NCBI GenBank assembly: GCA_002269645.1
Contig: NIVC01000317.1
Span: forward strand, 248,001 to 312,000
Reading direction: 5' to 3'
Source: Macrostomum lignano
Taxonomy: Eukaryota
Length of the DNA: 64,000 nt
Shown: positions 62,228-64,000 of the stretch, piece after piece
Numbering within the stretch: position 1 is the stretch's first letter
Layout: every line of letters starts with the position of its first letter
Notes under the pieces: model-generated
Databases searched by the model: none
What the model saw: the letters and a program-made list of their open reading frames with translations, nothing else
What the model was told of the DNA's origin: nothing
Translations under genes and position numbers: made by a program

Positions 62228-64000
62228 ATTCTAGTATCTGTGATCACACATGAATAAGGACTAAGAATAAGGTAGCGCATCCTGTGAAAAAACTACGCTT
62301 CACCGAGTTTCTGGAGCCGGTCTACATAAAATTGTATAATCAGCCTCTAATAAAATTTGAATGTTTTGTGAGTGTCGCGTCCTTTTACTTAAGTAGTCCC
62401 TGGACGAAGGCTATACACACTGCTGGCCTGATCGCCTGCATCAGCCTTGGATGAAGTCGCCAATTGTCAACGAGGTAGCGGCTGAGGATTCTCGCGTGAT
62501 GTATGAGGCTTTGAGATTGTACGGATGGTCGCAGCGGTGTAGAGGTGGTTAAACTGACAGCAGAGTGCTAGGAAGCAATCATTCTGCTTCACTGCCAGCT
62601 GTGGACTTTTGCCTCCTACTTCCATCGCATTAGGAACCAGTTTCGCACAATTAAGCTTCTCAAGTTGACGCTGCAGCCTGGCCACATTAGACTGCACGTC
62701 AACTTTTCGGATAATTACGCCGCGAAATACAGCAGTAGTGCAGTCAGTGAACTTTGGCGATCAGGACAGTATCGTCCTGCATCAGGAAATTGGCTACGTC
62801 AACGGTTGGAAGCCGACTGCCTTTATTACTGTTTCAGACGCCTTGACGTCTGAGGCTAAGACTGCCGATGCAATTGCCGCACGTCTCAAGCCTGTACTAG
62901 TTTTTTTCTGGTCGAGTGCGAGAATCAGGGTTTCCGCGTTCGCCGACTGTCAATGCTTAGCGACTCGCCATCCAGTCAATATCGCAGCATGAATATGATA
63001 TATATCTTCCACCGTCTACTGTTGTACTTTGACATCACTGAGTGACAGTGGTTGTACACCGGGGCTAGTCATGGCAAATGAGCTGCCAATGGTGTCGGGC
63101 GGCTGTCAAGCGCCACTGTGACCGTATTGTCGTCAGCCGAGGCTAGGTCATCACGCCACAGGACGTCCTATTGACTATACTCGTACGATCGGCTGACAAT
63201 CCTATGTTATCTTGGTTGTATGAGGAGTGGGATGTTCAGGAGTTCTGCAACATACTTGAGATGCTGAAGTTTTCCGATATAGGGGGACATCTCCAAGATG
63301 CATAACGTATGGCGGACCGAAAAATGGGGACGCTGAAATTCGCGCGACTGGATTTCGCGCTACTTGTTTTCTGCGCGACAGGATTTTTCGTGAATCGGAT
63401 TTCGCGCGACCTGGAATGGAAGCGACTGTACTTCGCGCGACCGGATTTCGCGCGACTTAAGCGACTGAATTTGAGTTGAGAGACTTTGTGTATTTTATTT
63501 AGGAGATTTTTGAAGGCAGTAAGTTTGTCTCTGAGTTTAAATCATTTTTTTAGTCTCAAGTCATTTTAAATCCTATTTCGTGTTTCCGATATTCAGTGTT
63601 TGAGTTAGATACAAGACCAGAAAATATTTGAAAAAACACACAAAGCGTGTGTTTTACAAGTAAAACTGTTGGATTATGTTCAGTTACAATAAAGCCATTT
63701 GTTTTTCTTAAATAAGGATTTTTTTTATTTCTATTTTATTTCTAAATTTCTAAATTTCTAAATTTTATTTCTTTGTTTATCAAATCTGACATATAGTAAG
63801 CTTCCAAAGCAATGAAAACCGAAGGTCTGCAAGGGTATCAAGACATTCGGATCGTCTCATTGATCTAGAGGTCACTACTTACCGAGGCAAATATTTATTA
63901 TTTTATGTAAGGAAAACCAAGAGTTACCTTAACTTCGGGGGGGGGGGGCAGCTGCTCTGGTGTGCCAGCGACCCAGGCTCGATTCCAAAAGCAGTCACAT

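Noticed and set aside
62400-63300. Degenerate coding sequence (helicase or RT?)
   Set aside because: Composition looks coding-like, but no recognisable motif was found in any frame.

Overview
Eukaryotic, transposon-dense window, probably from an invertebrate (spliceosomal GT-AG introns, CAG microsatellites); no prokaryotic operons, rRNA or CRISPR. LEFT THIRD, a nested stack: a decayed Ty3/Gypsy element (A) is split by a second Gypsy element (B, 3856-23281, 184-bp LTRs). B's 3' UTR holds a structurally complete 14.7-kb Polinton/adintovirus-like element (8260-22956) with AGTAG...CTACT ends, a perfect 6-bp TSD (CTTGTT) and ~730-bp TIRs. It encodes an rve integrase, protein-primed PolB, adenain protease, packaging ATPase, major and minor capsid proteins, a parvovirus-type PLA2 and an adenovirus pX-like protein; most core genes carry stops or frameshifts. 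Just inside its left TIR is a well-formed type I hammerhead ribozyme (9238-9280) between Pol III A/B-box-like motifs, next to a 60-bp array of 32-bp palindromes. This is the most striking unexplained feature. MIDDLE: decayed DNA transposons (IS630/Tc1 split by a solo LTR, NOF/KDZ-like, Crypton DUF3504, piggyBac) and a LINE. RIGHT THIRD: two copies of a head-to-head cassette, an RPA70-like OB-fold gene plus an Arg/Gly-rich CCHC-knuckle/polyQ gene. Copy 1 is hit by a young Gypsy (C, 39801-44414) that carries a MITE in one LTR. The cassettes lie among segmental duplications, four minisatellite arrays, Helitron/HINE-like ends and a P-element transposase remnant. All assignments come from motif recognition by eye; no database searches were run.
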